Of a stretch of 64,000 bases of DNA, positions 25,721 to 38,562 are shown one piece after another. The notes below the pieces were generated by a model. It was not told the DNA's origin. It did not search any database and worked only from the letters and a program-made list of their open reading frames with translations. The stretch's first letter is position 1. The number at the start of each line of letters is the position of its first letter. The stretch spans positions 30,816,001 through 30,880,000 of the forward strand of contig NC_087436.1 in assembly GCF_036321535.1 (NCBI RefSeq), read 5' to 3'. Source of the stretch: Camelus dromedarius. Its lineage: Eukaryota. A program made the position numbers and the translations under genes.

Positions 25721-28467
25721 AATTCCCAAAGGAAATGTAGAATTCTCTTCTAATGAAAAAAAGTGAACGAAGACCTTCTGAGTCCAGAGGCATGTTTTTT
25801 GGCAAAAATCAGCAAATAACTTTTATCTCTAAAATAAAGAATCTATACCAGAGGATTTCATATGTCTCTTCTAGGTCAATGCTGAGTCATTTCATGTTGT
25901 GATCCTCTGGATCCTCTTTACTGATAAGACTTATGGGCCCAAGGACCCTGGTGAAATTGGGAACATTATATAAAGACAAGGTTAAAACATTACAGGGCAG
26001 TTAAAACACTCACTCTGATTTTCTTCTCCAAATAAAAACTTAGCTGCAATTTTGTCAAGTCATGCTATGGATAAACTAGTATTGATATTTACAGCTATAC
26101 TATTAATCTATTCACCATACCTATTAGTTGTTTTTAATTCTTTTTCTGTGTGGAAGTTTTGCTGTATGGAATTTGTTAAAAATGTGTATCAAAGGTGCTA
26201 TTAAATTTGTGAAACAAATATGTAACGTTGCTTCATAATAAAATTATCTTTAATTAATGTATATTTTAATTTTTATTTTACTAATTATTTGTGACTGGAA
26301 ATGGACAGTTATATCTTTACATTCCTTCAATACACATTTTTATGTTTTTACTGTAACATTTTCTTATTTAGATAGACCATTATCTATAACTTTTTCAAGT
26401 CATCATGCTTATTTTTCAAAAGCTGATACTAACTTTCATTCCATTCTGCTTTGGCAATAGATAATGGAGAAAAATATCACCTTCAAAATAAGGGTACCAA
26501 TTCTTGACCTATGTATTATAACAACCATAACTAGAAGTGTTTGTGCTTAATGAACCTTAAAAGAATAGACTGCTTAAAATTTCAAACAATATGTTCCATT
26601 ATTATGAACACTTAAAATGTCAACTAAAATGGTTAACAGCAGACCTGTCTGCACTATTGGGACACAATGAACATGATGATATGAAATAAAAAGACCATGG
26701 GTTTATGGTGATTTTGAACTTTTAATTAAAAATTTAACCAATGCTTGTCAATCAAATTAACTTATTAATAAATTTGACCTGTGAACCTTTAATATGTAAT
26801 GAAGTGTTTGCTATCAGCTATCTCATTTCCTTAACTTTTATCAAGGATGGCTAGTTATCTGTTTTTTATTTGTTTTGTTCTTTTTAAAGCCAAATCAGTT
26901 GATTAGTGATCCTTATGGTGATCTGAGTTAGTCATCCTCATGATTTGCTATCTCCCTCCTGACTTCACAGCCTGTCTGAGCAGGCAGTCATTGTCCTCAA
27001 GAACAGAGTATTTGACTACCCACATTTACTTGGTCCCTGTCCAGGAACTCCCCATCTCTTAAACATACCCATTATTCATTTTCCTCACAGACAGATATTC
27101 AGCATTTCTGGTTTAGGCTAACTATTTAAAGGTCAGCTCATTATCTCATGATGAGTTGTGACAGACAAGATATGGGATTAGTGTCATTTAGTAAGGTAAG
27201 ATATTGTGACAGAGAACGGGCAGGTAAATAAATTTTTTTTTTTTTTTTTTTTTTTTACTGATACTGAGAACATGGATCCTACAGAGCTTCAATTCTCTGA
27301 AAATAGAAGAGATAACATGTGGATTTATGAAATTTCAATCATATGTATAATCTCCCATGAAATAGTTCAACTGTATATCCATTTCATACATTAAAGAAAT
27401 ATTTCAGCAGAGGCTCCTATGTGGCCAGATTGCCAGCTAGAGGTGGATATATGTATGGTTCAACAAGTGCTGGCACCACCTTCTACTTTTTACAATATGA
27501 GTAGGAGTAAGAATGACAGGAGAAATTGTGAGAAGCTGACATCATTCAGTCAGAGCAATGCTATATTGACTGCCCCAATTATCAGTGGGACAAGTCAGTT
27601 ACTGGGTCCTCCAATTGTCCTTAGTATAACTAATAAACAAATGCACAGGATATGCATTCTACAAATGTATACAATGTTATGACTACATCATGGATTTGAT
27701 CATCTCCGAGGAGCGCTCCAGATTTCTCTATCTCAGTGGGAGTTAATGAACTTACTGCAGAGCCTACTATTCCAGCTCAAATAATAATATAGAGATATAA
27801 AATGCCAATCTTTGTGATTTGTTCAAAGTTATCAGTGGTTTGTGAACATAGGTGAAGTGGTTGAGCAAGCCTTATACTGTAAATCTAAAGATAGAGGTTT
27901 TGCCCCTTTTGGGTCAAGCCCTGTGGTGAATCAACATACTGAAATGCAAATTCTCAAAAAAGTAGCTTCAATTTTGCTAGGGCTTCTCCTGCAAATTTTT
28001 TCTAGATGGCTGGAGAAATAACTAGAAGCCAATTTACTAGAAGATTTACCTGTTAACTAAAATTTCCTGTGGTGGAAGCCCACCAATCTACTAAGTATTT
28101 ACCTTAATTAAAGTGCTTGATTTGCATTCAAAAAAAGAAGAAGAAGAAAAAAAGAAATATTGAGAAATCCAATCTGCATAGGGGTGAAAACCTTTTTATA
28201 ACATTAGAATATTAGGAGAATATATTAATATTAAAAAATGGTACTTGGGGGTTTGCTTTCCAGTTTTCAAATATTGTAAACAAATTAAGCATTCCCATTT
28301 GAAAATATTGATTTTGGTAAATCAATAACAAAGTTTACAGAGAAATATCCCAATTATGTGATTAAATTTCTAACTTTAATCACTACTTAATAAATGCCTA
28401 TAAATTTAAGAAGACAATTATACTACTGAAATCAAGTGAAGAGGTGACATAGGTATTTCTTCTAAGC

Positions 28468-28743
28468 CTTGTCCTATATGAGGCCATTGAGTGCTTGAAA
28501 TGTGGCTAGTCTAAACTGAGATGTGCTGTACGCATAAAGTATACATCAGATTTACAAGCACAGAAAAAATATAAAATATGTCAATTTTAATACTGATCAC
28601 ACACTGAAAAAATGTTTTGGATATTTTAGGTTAAATAAAATATGTTATTAGAATTAATTTCACCTCTTCCTCTTTTTGCTACATGGCCACTAGGATAATT
28701 TTATATTGCATATAGGACTTAACATATATCTATTGGATCACTA
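28468..28743 (-). mobile_element. MER33 hAT-Charlie element
   Basis: ttgagtgcttgaaatgtggctagtctaaactgagatgtgctgta and aattaatttcacct. 8-bp TSD TTCTAAGC at 28460 and 28744. Confidence 0.9.
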
Positions 28744-30844
28744 TTCTAAGCAATACAGCATAGAATTAGCATATTGAAAATTACTTTTCTCCACTCAAAT
28801 CTCATGCATGGTTCATATAATTCATGGCCATTGTTATTAAAAATGCTCTCATACAGCGAGAGCCATTAGAATGTGTTATCATACAGGAATAGAAAAATTA
28901 ATTTTCCTCTATCATACAATTTCATAACTGACACTGAAGGCTTTTTTGTGTAACTATACCATGCATTAGGACTGTCTGGTGCAAAGCATAAATCTGCACA
29001 GTAGTACATTTTGTTACGATTCGTTTTGACATTCTCAATTACATTTTGGAAACGTTACCTACAAAGTCCCCAGCAATCTTTTCATCCAGCTGAATAAATT
29101 TTGTTAAACTCAACCAAAGTATTGAACAGGATTTATTTATTTAGCTGTTAACTCTATTTTCTTTGGCATACTCAAAAATTGAACTTGCACCAAAATCTAT
29201 TTGTTATCTTATTGTCAAATAGTACAGAGCCATTAGGACCCCACTTTCAGAAATGCTGAGATCCTGTGGTCCCTTCCTGCAGCAAAAAGAGTATGTGAAA
29301 CTATTAATTTTTGTTCAGTAAGTGCTGGTGTGAAAACTAATCTTTTGATGAGCACTGGTGAAATGAAGAAAATAACCTCTTGTCATTTTTATTATCAATC
29401 CTGGCTTTTTTGTCTTATTTAAGCTTGGTCAAACCCTTGAACAAAATCAACCTTTTTTCTAAGTTCATACCAAAATTTTTTCAAAGGCTAAACTTTTTTC
29501 CATGCATCGCTTTTATCACAATAAAGAACAACCAAATGTCAAACAATCTGTTTCTATTCTAAGAAGACTTCTATCTAAATGGTGTTTGCAGTAGTCAAAT
29601 ATAGAATAACATTTTTGGAATATCAAGTAAGGTAGCTAGGCAACCTAAAAATCCATTGTATAAAATTTTCAATCATAAATTATTTTTTAATCTCAGCCAC
29701 AATAAAAATAAAAAATAAAAATGAAATACATTCATGATTAAAGAATGTGCTTTGACAGAAAGTGAAGTACTAATGCCCAACTTCATGAAACAAACTCTTG
29801 GGCATGTAACTTACCCAGTTTACCTCTAGTTAAATGTTTTACAAGTTCCAAAGAAGACAGAAAACTTATAGATGGTTTTTGAAAAATATTCTAGATAAGG
29901 CAATGTTAAAATCTATTCATTTTTAAATGCTCATACTCAAAAGTCACATTTTTTGTATAATATCAATTCTGCACTCTGAAGTTTATGTTTAAGAGTCAAG
30001 TTCTACTGTGTAATATGCAAATCTTTTAATCTGTCACATCAGGAATTAGATTTCTCACAAAACAATGCTGTTTACAAAATTAACTCTATGGATATTATTT
30101 TTTGAGTGCATCAAAAAATTTTTAAAGTCATGAAGTTTAACATATCGCTCAATCAATTTAAAAAATAAAAAATTTACAACTGATAATGATATACATTCAT
30201 CCTTTATTACAAATAATTATTTACATAATTATTAATGATCAAAATTATGTTTGCAACAGAAGCAATACACATCATGGTACAGAAGTGTGTAAAGGCAACC
30301 CGGAAATATGTGTGTTTTTAATTCTTTTAATACAAAATGGGACATTCCTCACTTCCCTTTATTAATTCAGATTGGCCACTCTCACACTGCAAACCCAATA
30401 AAAGATCTCCAAGACTGGAAGGAGGAGACAGTAGGCCTCCTGCCTACACGCCCTTTTTAGCAATTCTATAGCTTTGCTGTGGAAGTTAGCTCAGCTACTG
30501 ACAGTTAGGAAGTTAGCTTTTACTCAGTATTTACTGAAAACTGAGTAATACACTCACACCCTCCTGGAAAAACTGGGAACCCTACTGAGCAGAGCAGAAA
30601 GCACCCAGGGGCCAGAGAGAAAGCAAACAAGCCAATTAGCTTAATAAGGGCAAGGTTTTCTGGAGGATGTTGCAGCTTGAGCCCCACTGTTCTCGCTTTC
30701 CTCTACTATTTTGCCTTTTATGTTGCTTTTTTCACTTAAATTTTTTTTTAATTTCACTTTTTAAAACTTCTCTAATTTTACTTCCCATTCTTTTAGCATT
30801 TTGACTCAAATTTCAATGTACAGTATCCTTGTACTATCACAGTG

Positions 30845-31200
30845 TACTTTTAAAGAAAACCAGAGTTGGATAGTAGTTAAAACGGTAAAAACCAATTTTA
30901 TTCAAAAACTAAAGCAAAGGGGAAAAGGCAAGCTCACCACAGAACTGGGCTCACTCATGTCCAAATACAGCAAGGATAACTGGAGATTTATAGCTGAAGA
31001 GCAGTGAAGAGTCCAATGGATGGCAAGTTACTAAAAGGAGACATCAAGGAAAGGGGGATTCCTGCTTAACTCATTTAATAGGATTTTTGCTAGAACTGGG
31101 CTATGTAGCCCCAGCAAAGATGAAGGCCAAAGTGGAGTCCTCATCAGTAGAGGGCTCCGAAGAGCCTGATTAAGGTTTGATCACAAAGAAAGTTGTTAGT
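30845..31200 (-). mobile_element. ERV1 LTR (MER67/MER31 group)
   Basis: aaagaaaaccagagttggatagtagttaaaacggtaaaaaccaattttattc, ggagatttatagc and aataggatttttgctagaactgg. Confidence 0.75.
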
Positions 31201-31439
31201 ACTTATATGGTTCTTCTTAAATAACTACATCTACTAAACAAAATAATGATTACTTTATTTCTATTGTTTTATACAAAGATTTATATATAATTTTGTGATT
31301 ATTTCACACAATCTTGTTGCTTTTCCTCTTTTACCTTTTTGTAGATGATCAATTCTGTCATCCATCCATTCGACTGAATGGGATTAAGAATTGTTACTAG
31401 ACGTGTTTCAGAGAATCTAAAAAGAATAATTTTCCTAAG

Positions 31440-32250
31440 AGCATATAGGAAATTGAAATAGAGAAATAGACAATATTTAACAAAGGACACTTTAAAAAAC
31501 ACTGCTACAGAGGAACAGAGAAGTAATGAGCCAAATATTTGGAATAAACTAATCTTACCTAATAACAGTTTTTTAAAAGAGATCGATAGAAAAGCTTTAT
31601 GTTTTCTATAAAAGAAAAAGTGATAGATTATAACAAGTCAATATGTATAACAAATTAAGTCAAGATGATTCCATTAAAATGAAAACCAAAGTAAACAACA
31701 ATTAAATCAGATTTCCATGAGTAAGTAAAGTAGCAGGCTATAAATTGTAGAAAATTCAAATAGTAAGACCCCAAAATAAGAAAACAGGAAAAATATGAAA
31801 CAAATAAAATAATTTAAAAATTGTATTTAGTAATTAAAGAAGATGACCCATAGATTAAAAAAACTATAAAGAAGATATAACGTTGTAAAATAATAGAAGT
31901 TTTCTAATCTAACATTAGTCTAAGTCTGAAAATCAAGAATGTTAAACATGTATTTGGAAAAATAGCTAAAAAGACATCCATACTGGATATACTCTGGTAA
32001 AAATTTTACTTTATAACTCTGAAATCACATATTACAAACATCCATGTTTAAAAACAACACAGATTATCTATACATGAACAAAAATGTATATATTTAAAAC
32101 GTTCTCACTATATCAAATGCCAAAAAAGAACAACTTCCAAAGAGTACTCAAATAAAAAAATCCTATGCTCAATTCACTTGTATTCCTTATTTGAATGTAA
32201 TAGCAAGACTTTTCTCAAACAAATAATTATTCAAAAATATACAATCCTTT
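31440..32250 (+). mobile_element. Ancient L1 ORF1-region remnant
   Basis: Very A-rich. tctgaaaatcaagaatgttaaacatgtatttggaaaaat...actggatatactctggtaaaaattt is ORF1-like. Confidence 0.5.
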
Positions 32251-32796
32251 TAAACTTCTAGGACTTCTTGTCAATTTTTTGTCTTAATTTACCCATATTT
32301 ATTTCTCATACTAAGTGATACGAAGGCTAAGATTTTTCAGAGCAAATTCTGATCATATCTCTGTTAAACTATCTCAGTGACTTCACATTCTTCTCAGGAT
32401 AAGACCTTGAACAGTGCTTTCAATGTACTGCATATTCTGGTCCTCTCCTCTCTAGCCACATTCCCTGTACTGGGGTCACTGGGTTGGTTCGGCTCCCTTT
32501 TTTCTAAGTACCCTTATATTCACCTCTCTAATGCCTACTTTTTCCCCCCAGAGAATGCTCATCCATTCTTTGCAGTTCTATGCTGTTTTAATCATATTTT
32601 TATATAATTTCATATATGTTTGGTTACATAAATTTTCCATATTCTAATATCTGTAAGGTTAGTCCCCTCCCCTATCACCTTTTTTTAATACTTGTTTAGT
32701 ATATTTATATTTGGATAAAATTAAATGAAATTTTATTAAAATCACAGCACCACAAAATATTTTAGTCAGTTTGGTAGTCAGCATATTGATTTAACC

Positions 32797-33046
32797 AGTA
32801 TTACATGAACATGAGGGTCAGGGGCACCTACCCCTCCACAGAGTAGCAAATTCATATATAATTTATAGTCAACTCTCCTTTCATGCAATTCCTCCACATA
32901 CAGTTTCCTTCACAGCTGCAGTTCCACATCCTGGGATTCAGCCAATCACAGATTGTGTGGTACTGGAGCATCTACTACTGAAAAAATTTCGAGTATGGTG
33001 GACCTATGCAGTTCAAACCCATGTCGTTCAAGGGTCAACTAACTGT
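32797..33046 (+). mobile_element. Tigger2-derived MITE (Tigger2a_Art-like)
   Basis: gagggtcaggggcacctacccctccac near the start; ends gtggacctatgcagttcaaacccatgtcgttcaagggtcaact, the Tigger2 TIR. Confidence 0.85.
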
Positions 33047-33059
33047 ATATTCTGTTATT

Positions 33060-33740
33060 TCTTATTTAGGATGAGGTATGAACTTCACATACTATTTACA
33101 ATCAGTAACCTCACTAAATTTTTTATTGTATCATTCTTTTACTTACTTTTTCATGCTATCCAGCTTTACTACCATGTCATCAGCAAGGATAACAAACCCT
33201 ACAACCCTACCTTCCCTTTGATTGTTGAACTAATCAGATAATCTCACCTTTTGAGTTAATAACATTGTTGATATACAGATTGTATAACATTGAACCATCC
33301 ATGCATGCCTGTCATAATCTGCTGTATCATGGTATGTTAATACTCTATTAATATGCTATAGAATTCTTTTTATAAAAGTGTATTAAGTAATTTTTCAATG
33401 ATATTCATAAATAACAGTAGCCTACTTAGTTAGATAGCTATTTTGGTGTATTATCCTTTGACAGATATTTCTCTCAGTATCATGATGGCTTTATAAAAAG
33501 AACCTGAGAGCTTTTCTTTCTGTCTCTGAAATCTACTCCTTAAAGGTTTAAAGTCATTCATCTGGTAAACTACCTGCATTTACTGTTTCTTTGGCCAATA
33601 GCTTATTGACAACTTTCTATGTTTTTAAAATGGTCTTAGATTTACTGGATTTTCTAGGGTATTTTTACTAATATAAAAGACATTAATGTTTGCCACCGTA
33701 AGTGGTATTTTCAACCTAACATTCTTTTTCATCCTAATAA
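33060..33740 (-). mobile_element. Ancient L1 ORF2 remnant
   Basis: T-rich. ttgaaccatccatgcatgcctg, tgatattcataaataacagtagccta and atcatgatggctttataaaaagaa resemble antisense L1 ORF2. Confidence 0.6.
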
Positions 33741-34099
33741 TTTCAGTTGTGTTCAAATAATCATCCTTCCCAGGGCTCAAAGAACACTTCACCAATTCCG
33801 CCCTGGGGGTTTAAGGAAGATTGTAATGTGGTTACACTCTTTCCCTCTTTCCTCCCTTCTCCCCAGCCCCCAAGTAGAGCAGTTCCTCTACTTCTCCCTG
33901 TGTAGACTCAAGGAGGGCAGGACCCCAGATTCCCAAATTGGATAATCTTTGGTAAAACAATGGAATAATACAGTGAGACTACAATCCATGGCAGGTGTCT
34001 GCCTCAGAGACAGCCCTACCTTCAGGGCCTGTCCCTGGTTTTGCCAGGGGCAGGGACCCACCCCCACATAGGGATCCAGAAGTCTCTGAAGAGGCCCCT

Positions 34100-34470
34100 T
34101 CTAGCAGACAGTCACCCTTTGACCATATTAAATGTAGTCTGGGCTCCAAAAAAGAAACAACACTTTTATTTCTACTGCCTTGGGTGGGGTTTTGGGGGGG
34201 TAGAAACAACACTGGCTGGTTCTGTTGGACATGAGCGCTCAAATCTCCCTAATCCCAGGAAGCACTTGTGTTTTAAGACCTCTTCATACCCTCCAGGACA
34301 TGACAGTTTTATATTTTAGAAGCAGGATAAATTAAAGGGGTAATTACTAGTTTAACTACTAAAATTGGCCCAGTTTTGTTAAAAGATGCCTCTATCCTGG
34401 TTGTTTCCCCACTCCCTGCCCCCAATGTCCCTTTTCCCATTATTGGAATGGGCCTCTTCAGTCAATAGTT
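34100..34470 (+). pseudogene. pro: Retroviral aspartic protease remnant
   Basis: DSHPLTILNVVWAPKKKQH...LVLLDMSAQISLIPG (D at 34228-34230) compared with ERV-L-type HWGKGNDQTFRGLLDTGSELTLIPG. Confidence 0.85.
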
Positions 34471-34559
34471 AACCTTCTAGAATAAGTCTAAGTCTTTATC
34501 CTAATGATAGGTGCTGGCTGCCTAGTGGGAACCAGTTAACCTTCCTCTACAATGCAGGT

Positions 34560-36906
34560 GAGTAAACATATTACAATAGCAGCTAATGCAAGGTACTGAA
34601 GGATTATGGCCTGTCACAGCCTAGTTAAAGAAGGGGTACTGATTCTCACCATCTCACCATTCAATTTCCTGGTATGTCCTGTGTTTAAAGCACTTCTCAG
34701 GAGTGGAGAGTAAGTGCAGATGATAGAGAGTTAAACGAGGCTGTTCCCTTTATTAGAGCATCTCTATCAATTTTCACCTTAATGGATAACATTCAAAAGA
34801 ACATGGGTATATGACTTGGATTTATAGATTTGACTAACATGTTCTATTCAGCAAAAAATTCACAGGAGAGTCAGCCACAACTTGTCTTTACCTTTGAGGG
34901 TCCATAGTACACCCTTCTGTGATTGTTTAAATAACTCTGAAACTGCACAGGGATTTGCTGATGAGACTTAGACATTTGTCCCACATACCCACCAAAAACT
35001 TGGTTTTGGTGTTCTACTGACGACACCTTTCTCACTGGACCTGACCAAGACTCTGTCTCCCAGATCATCACAACTGTGAATAAACACCTCACTGAGAGGG
35101 AATGGACACCTGCATAAGGTATAAAGCCTTCCCAGTCTGTTAAATTTTGGGGATACATCTGGAATTCAGAAAGGCAAACTATGCCCAGTCAAGTAAAAGA
35201 CAAAATCCTAGCTGTTAAGCCTCTCACAACATTTGGCTGGAATATTTGGATTCTACTACCAACCCACTCTTCACCTCTAAAATTTGGCAGCCCTCATCGA
35301 GCAAGTCACCCACAAGTCTTCCACTTCTCAGTGGAACCTTAATGTCAGCATACCCTACATAAGCTGAAGGAGGCTGTTTGTACCTCGAGGACAGGATTTA
35401 TAATCAGAGGCTATTACCATCCCAAAATTTGCTTGCAAGGGTCAAAAGGACAGGAAAATGCCTAGCTATGGGCTTTTGGTGAAGGTGGCTCCCAAACTCA
35501 GTCCAAAGGTATTTTTACCACTAGAGAGGCAACACATGGTGGTGAACTGGGCACTATCAAAGCCGAAGCCCTTACTGGACAGAGCCAATTACCCGATGGA
35601 CTGAGATTCCCATTATGCACTAGATAATGGAAAAAGGTACCTGTAAAAGTGGATCAGCAACAGAAGCGTCCTTATTAAAATGGAAATGGTATCTACAGAT
35701 TTTTGCTATAGCAGGCGCTACTGGAGTTTCACAACTTCTTGAGGAAGTAGCCACATACCCTGCCATTGAGGTTAACTTGACAAATGCCTGTGACTCTTGT
35801 TCAGTGGGCCCTGGAGGGAGGATATTCAGCACTCTCAAAATAAGAAAAGAAAAGGTCTTTCTTTAACAAGGGAGAGAAGAGGGGTACAAGGGAGCCAGAC
35901 AGTGGACAATGCATAGCCCATCACCCCTTTACAAACACTGCAATTTCCATTTCAGGGAATGGGCCAAAGTGCCCATGGGCTGTACAGTATTCCTAGACAC
36001 AGGAAAATGTTTGTCAAGGGATACTCTAAGACTCTTATTTTTACTGACATCTGGTTGGTGGCTAATGAGCTAACTACTCAGTTGAGATTTTGGCAAAATC
36101 AGGGCTGGAAAATACAAGGGGCAAACATTTGGGTCAACTGATGTGAAAAAGAATTGCTATATTGGCTTTCACTCTGCCTATATCTTGGCTCACACCACAC
36201 AAGACACATAGGAGGCATGATACAAAGCCAAAGCCAACAAAGTAACCAAACCACCAAAGCAGGTAAGCCTCTTGAAGGAGGGACAGTTTTTTTCAAACTT
36301 TGAGATGGACCATCATACCCTTTCTATTGGTGGGTGTGCATGAGAGGTCAAGGCTTTGGGGCATCATTAGGTTATGAAAATGAGTTGTCAATGGAAGAGC
36401 CAACATAGCAGAGAGCGATTTATAATACAACATCATTAGAAAGTATACTACATGCCAGAAATACAGACTAGGATTACTTCATGGGAGGAGAAACTGACAA
36501 AGGAAAAGGACCACATCAGAACAAGCAAATTGATTTCACTGGGCATCTCCCAGAAGGAGCCATTAAATCTATTTTAACAATGGTGGATACGTACAAAGCT
36601 CTTCTATTAGTTCACATTTGTAAGGTGCAAATCTCTGCTAATACTGAGGGGTTACCAAAACAGCTTTACAGACTTTGGGCATGCCACAAGTCATACAGTC
36701 AGATCAAGGCTTCCACTTCACCACTAAATAAATGCAATAAGGGACATTATAAAATAGAAAGCTTTTTTTAAAAAAAATCTATCCTTTCATGTTACGGTAG
36801 TAAGTATCAAAGAAAGATATAAGGAGCTTTTAAAACAAGGGCTACTGAGAGACAGCCTCCCCCAAATGGTAAAAAATACTACTCATAATTCTGATTCCAT
36901 TAAATT

Positions 36907-36940
<34 letters not shown>

Positions 36941-37419
36941 GATGGAATAGCTACAACATATTTAAATGGACAATAAATGAGGAGAGTATAAAGGGTGGTA
37001 TTAATACACACACCAGATACATCCACTGACCAGTTTTCCCAGACATAGGAACCCTGACATTGCTGCTCATAGCAAAGAAACAATCATCTGGTACTTTCAC
37101 CTTTCCCTTTTTTCTCACAGAAAATCCAAAGCCTAGCCACTTATCCCTTGATCCTGAAACACTGAGACCACCCTTAGCTGCATCCTCTCATCATCCAGCA
37201 TAAGTTGAACAAACCACCCCTAATTACCTGGAGAGAGAGGCATTCTCACCTCTGCCCACATACTCTGCTCAACTAAAAGCACTATGGAACAAACCGGTAC
37301 CCACTCCCAACACCTAGGAAGTGGAACTAATCACCCCTGGACTGTGTAACAGCATTCTGGCAACACCCTGAGGACAATCAGACCTTCCACCACTGGCCAC
37401 GGATGGTCTCCGCTGTTAA
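34560..37419 (+). pseudogene. pol: Retroviral pol remnant (RT - RNase H - integrase), frameshifted with stops
   Basis: RT: LVKEGVLILTISPFNFLVCPV (34621), WRVSADDRELN, IDLTNMFYS, SQPQLVFTFEG, STDD (35013-35024, decayed YIDD), SVKFWG, VKDKIL. Connection: SLLKWKWYLQ. RNase H: IFTDIWLVANEL...WKIQGANIW. Integrase: QIDFTG (D 36532), IQSDQGFHFT (D 36702), KERYKELLK (E 36812). C-terminus ALWNKP...EVELITPG, stop at 37417-37419. Confidence 0.93.
36910..36937. repeat. (AC)14 microsatellite inside the ERV integrase region
   Basis: Perfect dinucleotide run read directly from the sequence. Confidence 0.95.
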
Positions 37420-38562
37420 CTCCTACTCTGTTGCTGTGCCCCTTCCTTACCTGTGAAGTTCTCACTCTCATCAGTGTCTTCCATACATTCACTGATGTAT
37501 CACTTTAGCCCTGGTAGTTTACATCGTACTGCTGACAAGGTATGCCTAGAAACTACATACTACATGCTGTTGTCCCCGGGGACAATGGGAACCATGCTGT
37601 TGGCTAACTGGGTTGGTCAATCCCACTAGCATGACCACCTACATCAACACTGAGGCTAGCACACTTCCTCCTATGTTTACTAGTACTAGCAACACCTATT
37701 CCCACAAAGCCAGACTCTGGGACACAATATGTGTTTCTTAAATGCCTTCTAAACCCAACAGGCCACTTGTCCTTCATATCAGATATACCCACTATTATTA
37801 ACTAGTGCCATCAAATGAATAGAACAAAGGCCCACTACATACTAAGTCTCTATTAAGGAATGCCCTGAGATAGTATGCAACCAATATTATAACCAGAGCT
37901 CACAAATGGTGCAATCAAATTAAAAACCCTGTAAGCCAGAGTCAATACCAACAAACAATACAGGATTATAGAGATAAAACTGTAGCTCCTTCTGATCCCT
38001 GGGATGATGATAAATATAAACCCTGCCAACAATGTTACAAATATCAGCCTCGTTTCCTATTAATTATAATAATCTCTCTGCCTCTCCAGTATAAGCCTCA
38101 TTTACTGAGGCGGGAAGATACTACACTAATCAAGTGGCCACAGGCAACCTACCGTGGGCCTCCTCCCTGGCCACTAATCAGTATATACAAGGAAGGCAAT
38201 GTCTACAACATAATATTACCTGGGCCAGGACTTGTCTAAAAAAATCAGGCACTACAACCACCTTGGGAATTCCTCCCAATCTAACCTTCACACAATACTA
38301 ACTGAAATCTTTACTTAACCCTCAAAGCAAGCAGGCTCTACAACAACTGCAACACTGTCTGCCTACAGTAAACAACCATAGCTCTTGGGTGTTATAGCAA
38401 AGACAATTCTTATGAAAAATATATTATGATCGCACCAGGAAATCTAACTGCTGTCTTCATGGGAGTTTCTCCACTCAAACTGACAGCTACTTGCTTACAA
38501 CTGTTAGAAAATTTGCTGGGCTTACCAAGACCACCATTAGGAAGAATTTAGGAAATAAATGA
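37401..38562 (+). pseudogene. Putative env-like glycoprotein remnant
   Basis: Lies directly after pol. Hydrophobic N-terminal stretch LLTPTLLLCPFLTCEVLTLISVF. Frame 38059-38562 has only 4 internal stops in 168 codons, with Cys residues and N-glycosylation sequons (NLS, NIT, NLT, NHS; NVT and NIS just upstream in another frame). Confidence 0.55.
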
